Of a stretch of DNA of 64,000 nucleotides, positions 16,222 to 25,995 are shown one piece after another (position 1 is the stretch's first letter; every line of letters starts with the position of its first letter). Origin of the DNA: Patescibacteria group bacterium (lineage in GTDB: Bacteria; Patescibacteriota; UBA1384; JBAYJO01); the NCBI GenBank assembly GCA_041665085.1, contig JBAYJO010000002.1, positions 83,413 through 147,412 on the forward strand, read 5' to 3'. The notes beneath the pieces are model-generated. The model worked only from the letters and a program-made list of their open reading frames with translations, was not told where the DNA came from and made no database searches. The translations under genes were made by a program, and so were the position numbers.

Positions 16222-19200
16222 TAACCAACATGGACATGATCAACTAAAAGATCATTTGCCCATACGCCGCTATATCCTCTTTCAGAGATTGAACCATAAA
16301 GATCTGTGATTCTTTCCGCTTCTTCTTCAACAGAAGTAAAATTATACATAATTACTTGAGTTGGCCTTAGATACTCGTCGCCGGTAATATCCTGAATACC
16401 TAAAGCATCTTGCATTATTTGTTTTGATTTATAGGTTGCAGCTGCTTTTAATCCGTCTTGATAAGATACATCATTGGTTGGATCAAAGTCAGGCAAAGTG
16501 CAGCTTTCGTCAGCATTATCGAGCATCGGTTTTTTACCGATTTTATTACTATTAAATTTCTTTCGGAAAAAATTAGCTGCGTCTTTGGTAATGCCTGCCG
16601 CGATAGTATAGTCCTTACCCATATTTGGATAATAGCCGCAAGCTGAACACCTGTAGTCGACACTTTTTATTCTCATGCCGAATAAATTAATAACCAGTAC
16701 TATGGCAAGTCCTATTAATGGGTTTGTTCCAAATGCCCACCCAATTAATGATCCGGCAATACCTGAAGTTGAGCCTGGCATCAATCCCCATTTTTCATCT
16801 AGCTCGGCAAATTGTTTTTTGAAAATTGTTTGAACAACAAAAGACACTACAGCTCCTTCTACTTGTTTCATGTCTGATGAGGCATCGGCTTGAGCTTTTG
16901 TGTCATTGGCTGCTTTTGCGGCGATATAGGCTTTATGAGCTGCGTCGTATGCCTTGTACATCGTGTAAACTTGATAAGCTGTGCCTATATCCAGCTTCAA
17001 CCATTCGTCAACTTTGCTCATAAGCGAACTCCAAACATAATCTTTCATTACATCTTGGAATGATTGGCCGATATCGGTTCCATTTACATCACGAGTGTCT
17101 GTATTCCAGTGATTTTGACTAGCTGCAAAAAGAGATAGAGTAAATCCTGGTGGAGGAAAACCTTTGTTTCCAAAAACTTCAACATTTAGATAATTATCAA
17201 TAGTATCGCAAATTGCTGAATTTTTTATTGCATTAAAATCTCTTTTGTCAGGCGATGTTGAAAAATAATTAATCAATGTAGGAAGCGTGCCGCCGGTTGC
17301 AAGAGCTTGAATTAGTTTGTTGTCCGGGTTATTTTCTTTAAGCGTTAATTCAATAACTCCTCCCATTGCCATCATTCGATCAACAGTGTTTCCTTCAATC
17401 ATTGATCTTGTAAAACCATGAGGGATGTTTGGATTATTTTTCCATAACATACTGTCTGATAATTTATAAAATGGTTCGGTTTTCCAGTATTTTTTTTGTT
17501 TTAAGACTGCTTCGTCTCCTATTTCTGTTGCATATTCAAGTTGGTTTGTTGCGTATGTTGCTCTGTCTGCAGTGATGGCATCAACATCGCTTGCCGGAAT
17601 ACCTCCAAGTAAGGCTTGTTGTCTTAAATTTTCTTCTGCAATTACACTGCTATTAATATCTAATGTGTCAGGTGGTAATGTTTGATAATAAGATATATCG
17701 GAATTTAAATCAGCCCCGTCACCCTTTAATGCTGAAAGTGTGAGAGTAGCATCGTTTGGCGGAGGAAAATAAGCTTGTCCATCACCCGTGCCAACACTTT
17801 GACTATAACCATAGATTTTGCTGGCAGTTGCTTCAGGATCGTTGATAATTATTCTGTCACTTAAAGAACTAGTGGTTCCAGGTGGTAGTATTGTAGTTGG
17901 CGGATATAGCTTTTCGTATTCTTTAGCTCCAAGCGCTTGGGCTCTTTTTCTTATTTCGCTTTCAGTTTCAGCGTTTCCTTCTATTGCATATTTAAAATCA
18001 TTGTAAGTAAATTTGTAATCGTCAGGCAAATTAGGAATACCGGCAGACAGTTGGTTCCCGGCATATTCAGCAAATTTTACATAAGCAAATATTTTATAAT
18101 CTCCTCTGATTAATCTGTGAGCGTCTTCTTGAGGAATCAGTATTCCACTTGATGATCCGATTTTTTCAATTACTTTTAATTCAACGCCGCTTTCAATTAT
18201 TCCCATGGCCGCTCTACCGGTAGCAGTCGTTGCTTGCTTACGGCATGACGAAGGATCTACCGGATTTTCACATGTTATATCATATTGTGTTTGATAAGCA
18301 TTAAATAATTTTTGCGTAAATCCGTTGAATCCATATTTACTTAAATCAGAACAAGAATCATCCTTTTCGCAGTCCGGTCCCAGCCCAAGCAAAGAGTCGA
18401 TTTTTATAAAACCTTGATTTAACATTATATTTTTTGCTTCGGCCGGATTTAAAATTATGCTTTTGATTGTTCCTGGTGTAAAACTGGCGGTTTGGTCTAA
18501 ATCTATTGAAAAAGCAGCACTGAAATTATCATATAATTGAGCTGTTCCGATTCTTTGTTTTGCCGGATCACTGCTTGTTAAGTTATTGTAGGTTGCAACA
18601 AGACCATGGTCCGGGTCAGCTAGGGAAATATTATATTTATTCTCGAGGTTTAAAAGTTGATCTAATTTGGTTGCCGCAAGATTTGTAAATACTTGTTTTG
18701 AAGTTTTACTTCGATATTCTTTAGGAGTAATTTCTCCTTTTAACATTTTTGCGGTTGTTCCGGTAACAAGAGAAAGATTGCGATCTATTTCTGCAAGTCG
18801 GTACTGAAAATTTCTTGCTTCATTCATCAGTTTTTCTGAATAATGTTGAGCTCTCAATTTATCAAGCGGTAAATATAAATAATTATCTGTATAATATGTG
18901 TCCGGATCTGTTATTTTTGTCATCGGTGCAATAGCTTCTTTAACCCAAGTGACAATTTGCGTTTTATCATTTATAGCTTGTTGAAATTTTTTGTAAGTCG
19001 GACTGTTTAGATTCTGATCAACAATATCTATTCTTAGTTGATCCCAATCAATGTCGATTTTATTTTTTAAAATATTTGGTAAACCAAAACCGGTAATAAA
19101 AGCATAAGTATTTTTTGAAATTGTTTCATCTAAATTATCGGAAAATGAGTCAGAGATTAACCCGATCGTGCCTTCAAGGTGAGCATTTCCAACGCTATTT

Positions 19201-22200
19201 ACTAGATCAGATGGATTTAAGCTAGATAAATTGATTGGACGATCAACACCTAGTAAATTTGACAGTTTAATTCCGCCGATTTCAGCAAGCAAGTACTTTC
19301 TTTCATCATTACTTTTTGCTGTTACTAATTTATATCCATAATCTTCCGGAAGGCCAAATTTATCTTCGATTCTTTTTCCACCGATTTTTGCAAATGGATC
19401 AAGCGAGCGGCCAATTAATATATTGTAAAGATCTTCTGTGGTCAGTTTTTGTCCCATGAAGTTTACATTGCTATCGTACAAGGAATCAGAGATTTTAAAT
19501 CCAAGTTGATATGCTCCAACTTTTTGGCAATATTCTGTAACTGTTATTTTTCCCGAAAGCATTTTTTGAGTTGTTCCATGTTCGATGGAAAGTTTGTCAT
19601 CGATTTCATTAAGGTTTGACGCATAGTCCTCCCAGAAGAGATCTTCGCTTAGTTGAATTAAATTCCACAGGAGAGGTGGCTTTCCAGCAGTAAGTTCATA
19701 AGGCATATTGAAGATTTCTGATACTCGTTTTTCAGTTTCTTGATCTGTTTCGCCGGTTGGTCTTGTTGCAACAAAAGCTGATTCAAGTTTCATCAAAAGC
19801 CCCATTGATTTATCTTGGTAGCTAGCAGTAGATACAAAACTTCCTGCCGGGAGATCCAGTTTTTCTTCGATAGCTGCTTGTCCAACAGATTGTTTTAGTG
19901 TGTCTTGGCTTTTAGTTGTTGCGGCCATGAAATATTGCAGAGAATTGGTAGGCATTTTTAAGGATTGTTCAGTTTTTCTGGCGGCAATAGTTTTGGCAAA
20001 ATTTTTAATTTCTTTTGGGTTTTTTGCTAAATATATTAAATCTTTTTTAGTGATAAGAGTTGTCGAATTATCCGGGGTTGATTGTGTACTCGGGTCAGAA
20101 TCAATAGCGTCATAGTTTTCTTCAATCTCTTCTCCTTTAACTATTTCTTTGATGTCTTTATTGATTACTTTTACATCTTCTTTTGTTTGATTTTTTATAC
20201 TTTCATTTTCCGGTTTATCAAGTTCTGCCTGAAATTTTTGCCAATTTTCTGTGATTCTTCCAACAGTTGGGCTAACTTGATTTATTGCCATATGTTTTGA
20301 AAGCAGATCAAATTCTTGTCTGATGTTTTTTACATAATCTTTCAAAACTGTTTTAGAGGAGTCGATTGAATTTATGTTTTTTTCTATATTTTCAGTACGC
20401 GACCGGATATCATTAACTCTTGTAGTATAGAAATTAATATCATTGTTAATTTTTATAAGTTTTTGAACCGAAGAACTGTCATTTAATTTTGTTTGTAATT
20501 TTTGACCAACTGTACTGTTCTTCAGTCCTTCGAATAAATAATGTTGACCTTCTTGTTTGAAGACATCGGATGTATTTCCAAATAAAAATATTTTATTTAT
20601 ATCTCCTGATTCTACGGTATAAAATTTCGATGTAAATTCATTTTCGTCTATGCTTGTCTTCTTGAATGCTTCGCTTAGTTTAAAATCAGGATTTGTTTTG
20701 ATATCAAATTGAGGTAGATGAAATGGATCATTGCTATACATAGATATTGATTCTATCGGTTCAATTTTGTTTATAAATACAAGATCTTTAGTCATTGTAT
20801 CTTTATATTGAAGGAGCCAGTGATAAAGTATTTCCCTTTGATCATCAGCGGTTGAAAGTACTTTAGATATTTCGTAAGCACCAATTGTTTCTAATTTTGA
20901 TCTATCTCCAGCTAAAAGCGGATCTATGCTTCCTTCAGGAATATCCAATGCTTCATCTCTTTTATTTCCTTGCGGCACTCCGCCTTCTTCTGTTGTGGCA
21001 GAATCACTAGGGTTTTTCGTACCAGCTGCAACATTCCAAGGATAATTTTTATATTGTTCAATTGTGCTTGCTTTTAACTCGTTTGTTATTTGTTCTTTAA
21101 GCCAAGCTACATTATGGTTGTTCAAAAAATTTGCTGTTGTATCTGTTTTGACTCCAAATCTTTCATCAGCAAGATATGGATTTGCTCTGATCCAATCTGC
21201 TCTTTCTTTTCCCATTGCAGTCATAAATTTATCAAAATCATTTGTTGCAAGGCTGTTTTCTTCAAGATATAGATTACCTTCAAGCAGTCTTTGTGCAATT
21301 CTTTCATTTAAACTAGCTGCCGATGTAATTTTGTCATAATCAAAAGTTCTAATTGGAAGATTTAATTCTTTTTCAATTTTTCGGGCACCTGCATTTCTTA
21401 AAATTTCAAGATTATTTTTTCCACTCAAACTTCCTGTTGGAAGTCCGAGCGATTGTTCGATGTAATACTGACCAATTGATGTTTCAAGTTCGTTAGTGTC
21501 ATTTCCCTGGATTGTTTGTCTTGGAACGCCAAGTTGATCGGCAATAATGGCGCGTCCGAGATTATCCATTATGTCGTCAAAATTTGTTCCTTGCCAACTA
21601 TGAGATGGGCTTTGAATGACTTGTTCAAATATTCCCCGTCCGATAAAGGTGGCGACATTAGATAGATTAATGGTGCTACTAAATTCATCTGAAGAATATT
21701 CATCTTGACTAATTCCAAGCTGATCAAGCAATTCTAAAAAGCTTACATTTGTAAGAGAATTTGCAAGCGCGTTGATTGATATTCCCAATGTTTCTTCGGA
21801 GCTGCCAAATTTGCCGCCTTGCCAGGAAATTTTGATTGCGCTTGGATTCATAGCTGTTGTTTCTGTTTTGGTAGTTCCAACCCAGTTTTTTTTAACTACT
21901 TTTACAGAACATCTCAAGTAGTCTACTGTTGCGACGTCAACTGCTTGGGAAAAACCCGAATCAGGATAAGCGTGCGAAAGAATTGAAGGTTCGGTCGATT
22001 TATTTACATCACTGTCTGATGCTACAATTTGTGATATTTGTATAAGCTCATGTCCGGCACCTCCCCTGTCTTTTGGTGTGACAAGATAAATTATAAAAGC
22101 CTTGACTCTTCGATCAACTTTATTTTGACGAATTGCTTCTAAGTCTTTTTGAGTAATAATCAATTTTTGCGTTTTATTGGCATAGTTCCAATAGGAATCA

Positions 22201-22541
22201 AAATATGATGTTGCAGCTCCATTAAAATCAGCATCAGCAAACACTCCTTGCCATTCTGGCGGGAATTCAATTACTCCGGAAATAGAGGTTTTGGTTAGTA
22301 TTGCTTGCATCTGGGAAAGTCGTTCACCGGTAAATGTAACCATTGCTGATTTATTTTTTTCACCGGGTTCGGCAATTCCGCCGGAAAGAGCAAGTTTGTC
22401 TTTTTCATTTAATAATTCTTCGCCAACATTTTCCGCTTGAGCCTTTTTTGCATTGTAAAAGTCACTAAAACCGGCAAAACTTGGTGTTAGAAGCGCGATG
22501 ATCATGTATGTAATTGTAATTTTTTGCCAATGCCTAAGCAT
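16218..22541 (-). CDS. Giant (2107 aa) secreted/surface protein with C-terminal TM anchor; last gene of the T4SS-like operon
   Basis: Signal peptide MLRHWQKITITYMIIALLTPSFAGFS. A single TM helix near the C-terminus (LIGLAIVLVINLF), followed by a Cys-containing tail. No recognisable catalytic motifs. Confidence 0.6.
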   Translation of the reverse strand: MLRHWQKITITYMIIALLTPSFAGFSDFYNAKKAQAENVGEELLNEKDKLALSGGIAEPGEKNKSAMVTFTGERLSQMQAILTKTSISGVIEFPPEWQGVFADADFNGAATSYFDSYWNYANKTQKLIITQKDLEAIRQNKVDRRVKAFIIYLVTPKDRGGAGHELIQISQIVASDSDVNKSTEPSILSHAYPDSGFSQAVDVATVDYLRCSVKVVKKNWVGTTKTETTAMNPSAIKISWQGGKFGSSEETLGISINALANSLTNVSFLELLDQLGISQDEYSSDEFSSTINLSNVATFIGRGIFEQVIQSPSHSWQGTNFDDIMDNLGRAIIADQLGVPRQTIQGNDTNELETSIGQYYIEQSLGLPTGSLSGKNNLEILRNAGARKIEKELNLPIRTFDYDKITSAASLNERIAQRLLEGNLYLEENSLATNDFDKFMTAMGKERADWIRANPYLADERFGVKTDTTANFLNNHNVAWLKEQITNELKASTIEQYKNYPWNVAAGTKNPSDSATTEEGGVPQGNKRDEALDIPEGSIDPLLAGDRSKLETIGAYEISKVLSTADDQREILYHWLLQYKDTMTKDLVFINKIEPIESISMYSNDPFHLPQFDIKTNPDFKLSEAFKKTSIDENEFTSKFYTVESGDINKIFLFGNTSDVFKQEGQHYLFEGLKNSTVGQKLQTKLNDSSSVQKLIKINNDINFYTTRVNDIRSRTENIEKNINSIDSSKTVLKDYVKNIRQEFDLLSKHMAINQVSPTVGRITENWQKFQAELDKPENESIKNQTKEDVKVINKDIKEIVKGEEIEENYDAIDSDPSTQSTPDNSTTLITKKDLIYLAKNPKEIKNFAKTIAARKTEQSLKMPTNSLQYFMAATTKSQDTLKQSVGQAAIEEKLDLPAGSFVSTASYQDKSMGLLMKLESAFVATRPTGETDQETEKRVSEIFNMPYELTAGKPPLLWNLIQLSEDLFWEDYASNLNEIDDKLSIEHGTTQKMLSGKITVTEYCQKVGAYQLGFKISDSLYDSNVNFMGQKLTTEDLYNILIGRSLDPFAKIGGKRIEDKFGLPEDYGYKLVTAKSNDERKYLLAEIGGIKLSNLLGVDRPINLSSLNPSDLVNSVGNAHLEGTIGLISDSFSDNLDETISKNTYAFITGFGLPNILKNKIDIDWDQLRIDIVDQNLNSPTYKKFQQAINDKTQIVTWVKEAIAPMTKITDPDTYYTDNYLYLPLDKLRAQHYSEKLMNEARNFQYRLAEIDRNLSLVTGTTAKMLKGEITPKEYRSKTSKQVFTNLAATKLDQLLNLENKYNISLADPDHGLVATYNNLTSSDPAKQRIGTAQLYDNFSAAFSIDLDQTASFTPGTIKSIILNPAEAKNIMLNQGFIKIDSLLGLGPDCEKDDSCSDLSKYGFNGFTQKLFNAYQTQYDITCENPVDPSSCRKQATTATGRAAMGIIESGVELKVIEKIGSSSGILIPQEDAHRLIRGDYKIFAYVKFAEYAGNQLSAGIPNLPDDYKFTYNDFKYAIEGNAETESEIRKRAQALGAKEYEKLYPPTTILPPGTTSSLSDRIIINDPEATASKIYGYSQSVGTGDGQAYFPPPNDATLTLSALKGDGADLNSDISYYQTLPPDTLDINSSVIAEENLRQQALLGGIPASDVDAITADRATYATNQLEYATEIGDEAVLKQKKYWKTEPFYKLSDSMLWKNNPNIPHGFTRSMIEGNTVDRMMAMGGVIELTLKENNPDNKLIQALATGGTLPTLINYFSTSPDKRDFNAIKNSAICDTIDNYLNVEVFGNKGFPPPGFTLSLFAASQNHWNTDTRDVNGTDIGQSFQDVMKDYVWSSLMSKVDEWLKLDIGTAYQVYTMYKAYDAAHKAYIAAKAANDTKAQADASSDMKQVEGAVVSFVVQTIFKKQFAELDEKWGLMPGSTSGIAGSLIGWAFGTNPLIGLAIVLVINLFGMRIKSVDYRCSACGYYPNMGKDYTIAAGITKDAANFFRKKFNSNKIGKKPMLDNADESCTLPDFDPTNDVSYQDGLKAAATYKSKQIMQDALGIQDITGDEYLRPTQVIMYNFTSVEEEAERITDLYGSISERGYSGVWANDLLVDHVHVGY

Positions 22542-22553
22542 ATCCCTCTTTAT

Positions 22554-23828
22554 TTAAAATGTTGAAATTTCCCCTTGAACTTGTTGAGTCGAACTATCGC
22601 TGCTTTTTCCAAGCAAAAATAATTGCATCTCAAGCCAAAAACTTAAGTCGGATTCGAGTTGATATGACCTGCTAAATCTTTCACCCCCGGTGCTTAATTG
22701 AAAGTGTAATTGTCCTTCTGAAGGTATATCAGAAATGGTGCCGATTTGATCTCCTGCATTTACATTGAAACGATCCTCTGGTTTACTGGTTTTAATACCG
22801 GCAAGTATGACTGAAGCATTTGTTGTTGTGTCTCCGCTCTCTGCACTAGTTTCATCAGCATTGTTATTTGAAATAATTTCAATTCTTTCTTGGTCTGTCC
22901 CTCTGCCGTAAACATAGGCAATACCGGAAAGAGGCGCCCAAACAGGGCTGCCTTTTGCAATAGCTATATCAACGGCATCATTATATCTACCCAGATCACC
23001 AAAGTCGGGATTGAAAATTGATTTGTATACATTGTGATCTGCAACAGCACCGTTGTTGAATGCTGAAAATCCGTGTAAAGTTTTTCCATAACCAGTAATT
23101 AAAGTTGGATTGATCGGAAGAGTTGTTGTGGTGGAAAATGCCGATGTTTCAGAATCGGTTTTTGTTAATACTTTTCCATTAAAATTGTAAATTAATTGAA
23201 CCAAATATACAGATAAACTATCCGAGAGGTTGGATATTACGGTGTTGTTAGTGGCACTTGATCCTTGAGCAAGCACTATTTGATCAATTGTTGGAAGAAT
23301 TTTATTATTAATTAAATCATCACCATTTCGTAATTGTTGTTTTTTTCCTTCATCTGTTTCGGTTTCAAGTTTATTTTGAATTTCTTTACTAACTTTCTGA
23401 ACAGCTGTGCTGATTGAGCTTCCTTTGTTGGCAATTAATTCGGCATTCTTTTTTGGATCAGCTAAAGCCTCAATTTCTAAGGTATTTTTTTTATCTTCTA
23501 TTGTTCCGGTTGGGGTATCCGGACTGCATCTACCGCCATTACAACTTAATGCTGCAGCAAAAAAAGCAATTGCAATTGCTATTATGGCTATTATTATTAC
23601 AATTGGAATCCAATAAGGAGAAAGTGCAGCCCACGCAGCAGTTGCTGCTGCTTTTATTCCCGATTTCCAGATAGTTTCTACTATAAATTTCTTAAATCTA
23701 TCTTTGAGAATAGCTTTAGCTTTTTCTGCAGCTTGCTCTTTGAGATTATTAACAACACCCGGCCCTGTTCCTTTGTTGTTGTTTTCTATCTCTTGGTTGT
23801 CCTCTTGTGGTTGTCCTAAGTCTGCCAT
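22554..23828 (-). CDS. Membrane-anchored protein with degenerate LytM/M23 peptidase-like domain
   Basis: Has GSPVWAPLSGIAYV and AGDQIGTIS...GQLHFQL. The expected HxxxD motif reads YNDAVD and HLHFE reads QLHFQ. The catalytic histidines therefore appear substituted. Confidence 0.45.
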   Translation of the reverse strand: MADLGQPQEDNQEIENNNKGTGPGVVNNLKEQAAEKAKAILKDRFKKFIVETIWKSGIKAAATAAWAALSPYWIPIVIIIAIIAIAIAFFAAALSCNGGRCSPDTPTGTIEDKKNTLEIEALADPKKNAELIANKGSSISTAVQKVSKEIQNKLETETDEGKKQQLRNGDDLINNKILPTIDQIVLAQGSSATNNTVISNLSDSLSVYLVQLIYNFNGKVLTKTDSETSAFSTTTTLPINPTLITGYGKTLHGFSAFNNGAVADHNVYKSIFNPDFGDLGRYNDAVDIAIAKGSPVWAPLSGIAYVYGRGTDQERIEIISNNNADETSAESGDTTTNASVILAGIKTSKPEDRFNVNAGDQIGTISDIPSEGQLHFQLSTGGERFSRSYQLESDLSFWLEMQLFLLGKSSDSSTQQVQGEISTF

Positions 23829-23829
23829 T

Positions 23830-24981
23830 TTAATTCCACCCTGTTAATAAATCGATTTCATAAAAATTATTATTAGCTATGTAGTAAGCTTTGTTGCTAT
23901 CTATTACGATAATTTGTGAAATAGCACCTAATACGGTTGTTTGAAACGGAATCATTTTTGATTGGGTTAAATCTATTAAATATAATGTATTATTATCAAA
24001 AGCTACCAATTTATTGCTTTCTTTAATCCAACTTATTTGTTTGACATTTGATTTTGCAGATAAATTATAAACCAATTCACCATTAAATTTTATAATTTTT
24101 AAATTATTGTCAGTATTATTAACTATTATGTATTCATTTTCAGGCGAAGGAAGAAAGTCAGAGACTTGTTCGGCAATTTTTTTGGTTTCAAGCGTGGTTA
24201 AATCAAGTAAATATAAATCATTTTCAGCGATTAGGACTTTTAAACCATCAGGTGTGAACATAAGTTTTGGGTTATTTAAATTTAGACTTTTCAGGTTCAA
24301 AATTATTTTTGAATTTTGCCCATTGTTATCAGAGAGAATTAATAATTTTTCTCCGCTGTCAGGATATGAAGTATAGGCTATTTTGTCTTGATCCGGGGAA
24401 AGAGCAAAATCATTTATTTTAGTTGCAATGGATTTTTGAGTCTGATTGACAAGATCATATCGTCTAAATTCATAGAAAAATAATTCATTTCCTCTTTGGA
24501 CCAAACAATTTTGTTCATCCGGAAAAAAAACAATTTTTGAAGCGTTGCCAAAGTTTTCGGATGTTATTTTTTGATCTTGGTTATTTATGTGTTTGTAAAG
24601 AGCGCCATTTGAAAGATAGTAAATATTGTCTTTGTATTTTGTTACATATGCGGCATTTTTTGCAATTTCTATAGGTTTTGGCAATTCCGCAAGAATTGGC
24701 GAAATGGTTGTTGTAATTCCCGGGTTTATTTTAATATTTCTAAAAAAAGAAACAAAACCATCTTTTGCAACTTTAATTATATAATTACCGGTTTTAAGTT
24801 TTGCGTTTAAAGTAATAGGTTTTTCATTAGCATAAACAGTTACCTCTTTAGGGGTTGATTCGATATTTAAAGTTCCTTTGGAAAAGAAATAGATATACCC
24901 GAGAGTTACAAAAATTAGCAAACCTAAAACTAAAGGGATTGCTTTGATTTTTGCAGATAATCTAAACTTGGAGAACGCCAA
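23830..24981 (-). CDS. N-terminally anchored PEGA-domain / TolB-like beta-propeller protein
   Basis: TM helix, then a PEGA-like segment (VTVYANEKPITLNAKLKTGNYIIKVAKDGF), then a repetitive beta-strand-rich region. Confidence 0.4.
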   Translation of the reverse strand: MAFSKFRLSAKIKAIPLVLGLLIFVTLGYIYFFSKGTLNIESTPKEVTVYANEKPITLNAKLKTGNYIIKVAKDGFVSFFRNIKINPGITTTISPILAELPKPIEIAKNAAYVTKYKDNIYYLSNGALYKHINNQDQKITSENFGNASKIVFFPDEQNCLVQRGNELFFYEFRRYDLVNQTQKSIATKINDFALSPDQDKIAYTSYPDSGEKLLILSDNNGQNSKIILNLKSLNLNNPKLMFTPDGLKVLIAENDLYLLDLTTLETKKIAEQVSDFLPSPENEYIIVNNTDNNLKIIKFNGELVYNLSAKSNVKQISWIKESNKLVAFDNNTLYLIDLTQSKMIPFQTTVLGAISQIIVIDSNKAYYIANNNFYEIDLLTGWN

Positions 24982-25137
24982 TTTGTCCCCTCCTCACCAT
25001 TAATCTTCTTCTTGATTATATATTTTAATAACTCTTTTGTAAAAGTGTGGAAATCATTTTTAGTTTGTTGATACGTCTCTTGATTTTTTAACCAAATCGG
25101 TATAAAATATAGCCATCTGATTTCTGGAGGAGATAGG

Positions 25138-25914
25138 ATGAAAACAGTTACTCTGGTATTGTTGGTTTGTTTGTCATTGGTGTCGGTGGCTCATGCGGAC
25201 AAAGTCTTGATGAAAGCCGATCTGAACAAGGACGGCAAACAGGAGAGTGTCATCAAGACAGATTACTCATATGGAAGTGGCGGGAGCTTCTATTTCATTT
25301 ATGTCAAAGCAGGATCTAAGGATCTGTTTTACCAAGGGTTCTGCTTGGGCAACGGCGATTTCCTTGTCCGCGATGTCAATCCTCGTTATCCGGGCAAGGA
25401 GATTGTGGTGTGGTATAAGTCTGATGAGAAGCCCTACCGCTTCGAAATCACTTGGTGGGGTTGGGATAAGACAATTGGGCACTACTCAATGTATAGTGCG
25501 GTGCTTTCGAAGAAGACTACTTGGCAAGCGGCGCTGAAGGAGTATGAAGGAAAAGAAGAGAAGATCCCGTTTTGCCAGATGATTGCTCGAGCTAGAATCT
25601 TGCTCTCATCGTTGAAGAATAAGGATATTTCGGCTGTTGATCGTGCGCTGGGTCCTGGTATGGAAGGAACTTACGAGAAGTATAACGATCAGATGTGGCC
25701 GGAACCGGGCTCGACTGCCTTTCAAAACCAGTTTTTCTGTAAGTTGATAGATTGGCCTCAAGGTAAAGGCAACGACTGGTTTTGTAGTGTTGTTTTCGAG
25801 GGGATAGAACCTAGAAAAGGATGGGATAGCGGCTATTCTATACAGATAAACTACATATCCGAGTCCCACCATCAATATCCTCGCGACTGGGAACCTTGGA
25901 CACCGGGAGGATAA
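25138..25914 (+). CDS. Secreted hypothetical protein, GC-rich (about 47%) foreign-composition gene on the opposite strand within the operon
   Basis: Signal peptide MKTVTLVLLVCLSLVSVAHA. Own promoter-like TTGATT-N17-TATAAA and SD ggaggag. No recognisable domains. Confidence 0.55.
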   Translation: MKTVTLVLLVCLSLVSVAHADKVLMKADLNKDGKQESVIKTDYSYGSGGSFYFIYVKAGSKDLFYQGFCLGNGDFLVRDVNPRYPGKEIVVWYKSDEKPYRFEITWWGWDKTIGHYSMYSAVLSKKTTWQAALKEYEGKEEKIPFCQMIARARILLSSLKNKDISAVDRALGPGMEGTYEKYNDQMWPEPGSTAFQNQFFCKLIDWPQGKGNDWFCSVVFEGIEPRKGWDSGYSIQINYISESHHQYPRDWEPWTPGG

Positions 25915-25956
25915 TAGAAAACTGGTGTACGGGCGAATAGTTCATGCACATACACT

Positions 25957-25979
25957 TCGGGCCCCGCTTCGCGGGGCCC
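25957..25979. other. GC-rich perfect hairpin (cgggccccgc-ttc-gcggggcccg) downstream of the GC-rich gene
   Basis: 10-bp perfect stem with no U-tract on either strand. Confidence 0.4.
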
Positions 25980-25995
25980 GAACTATTATATATAT

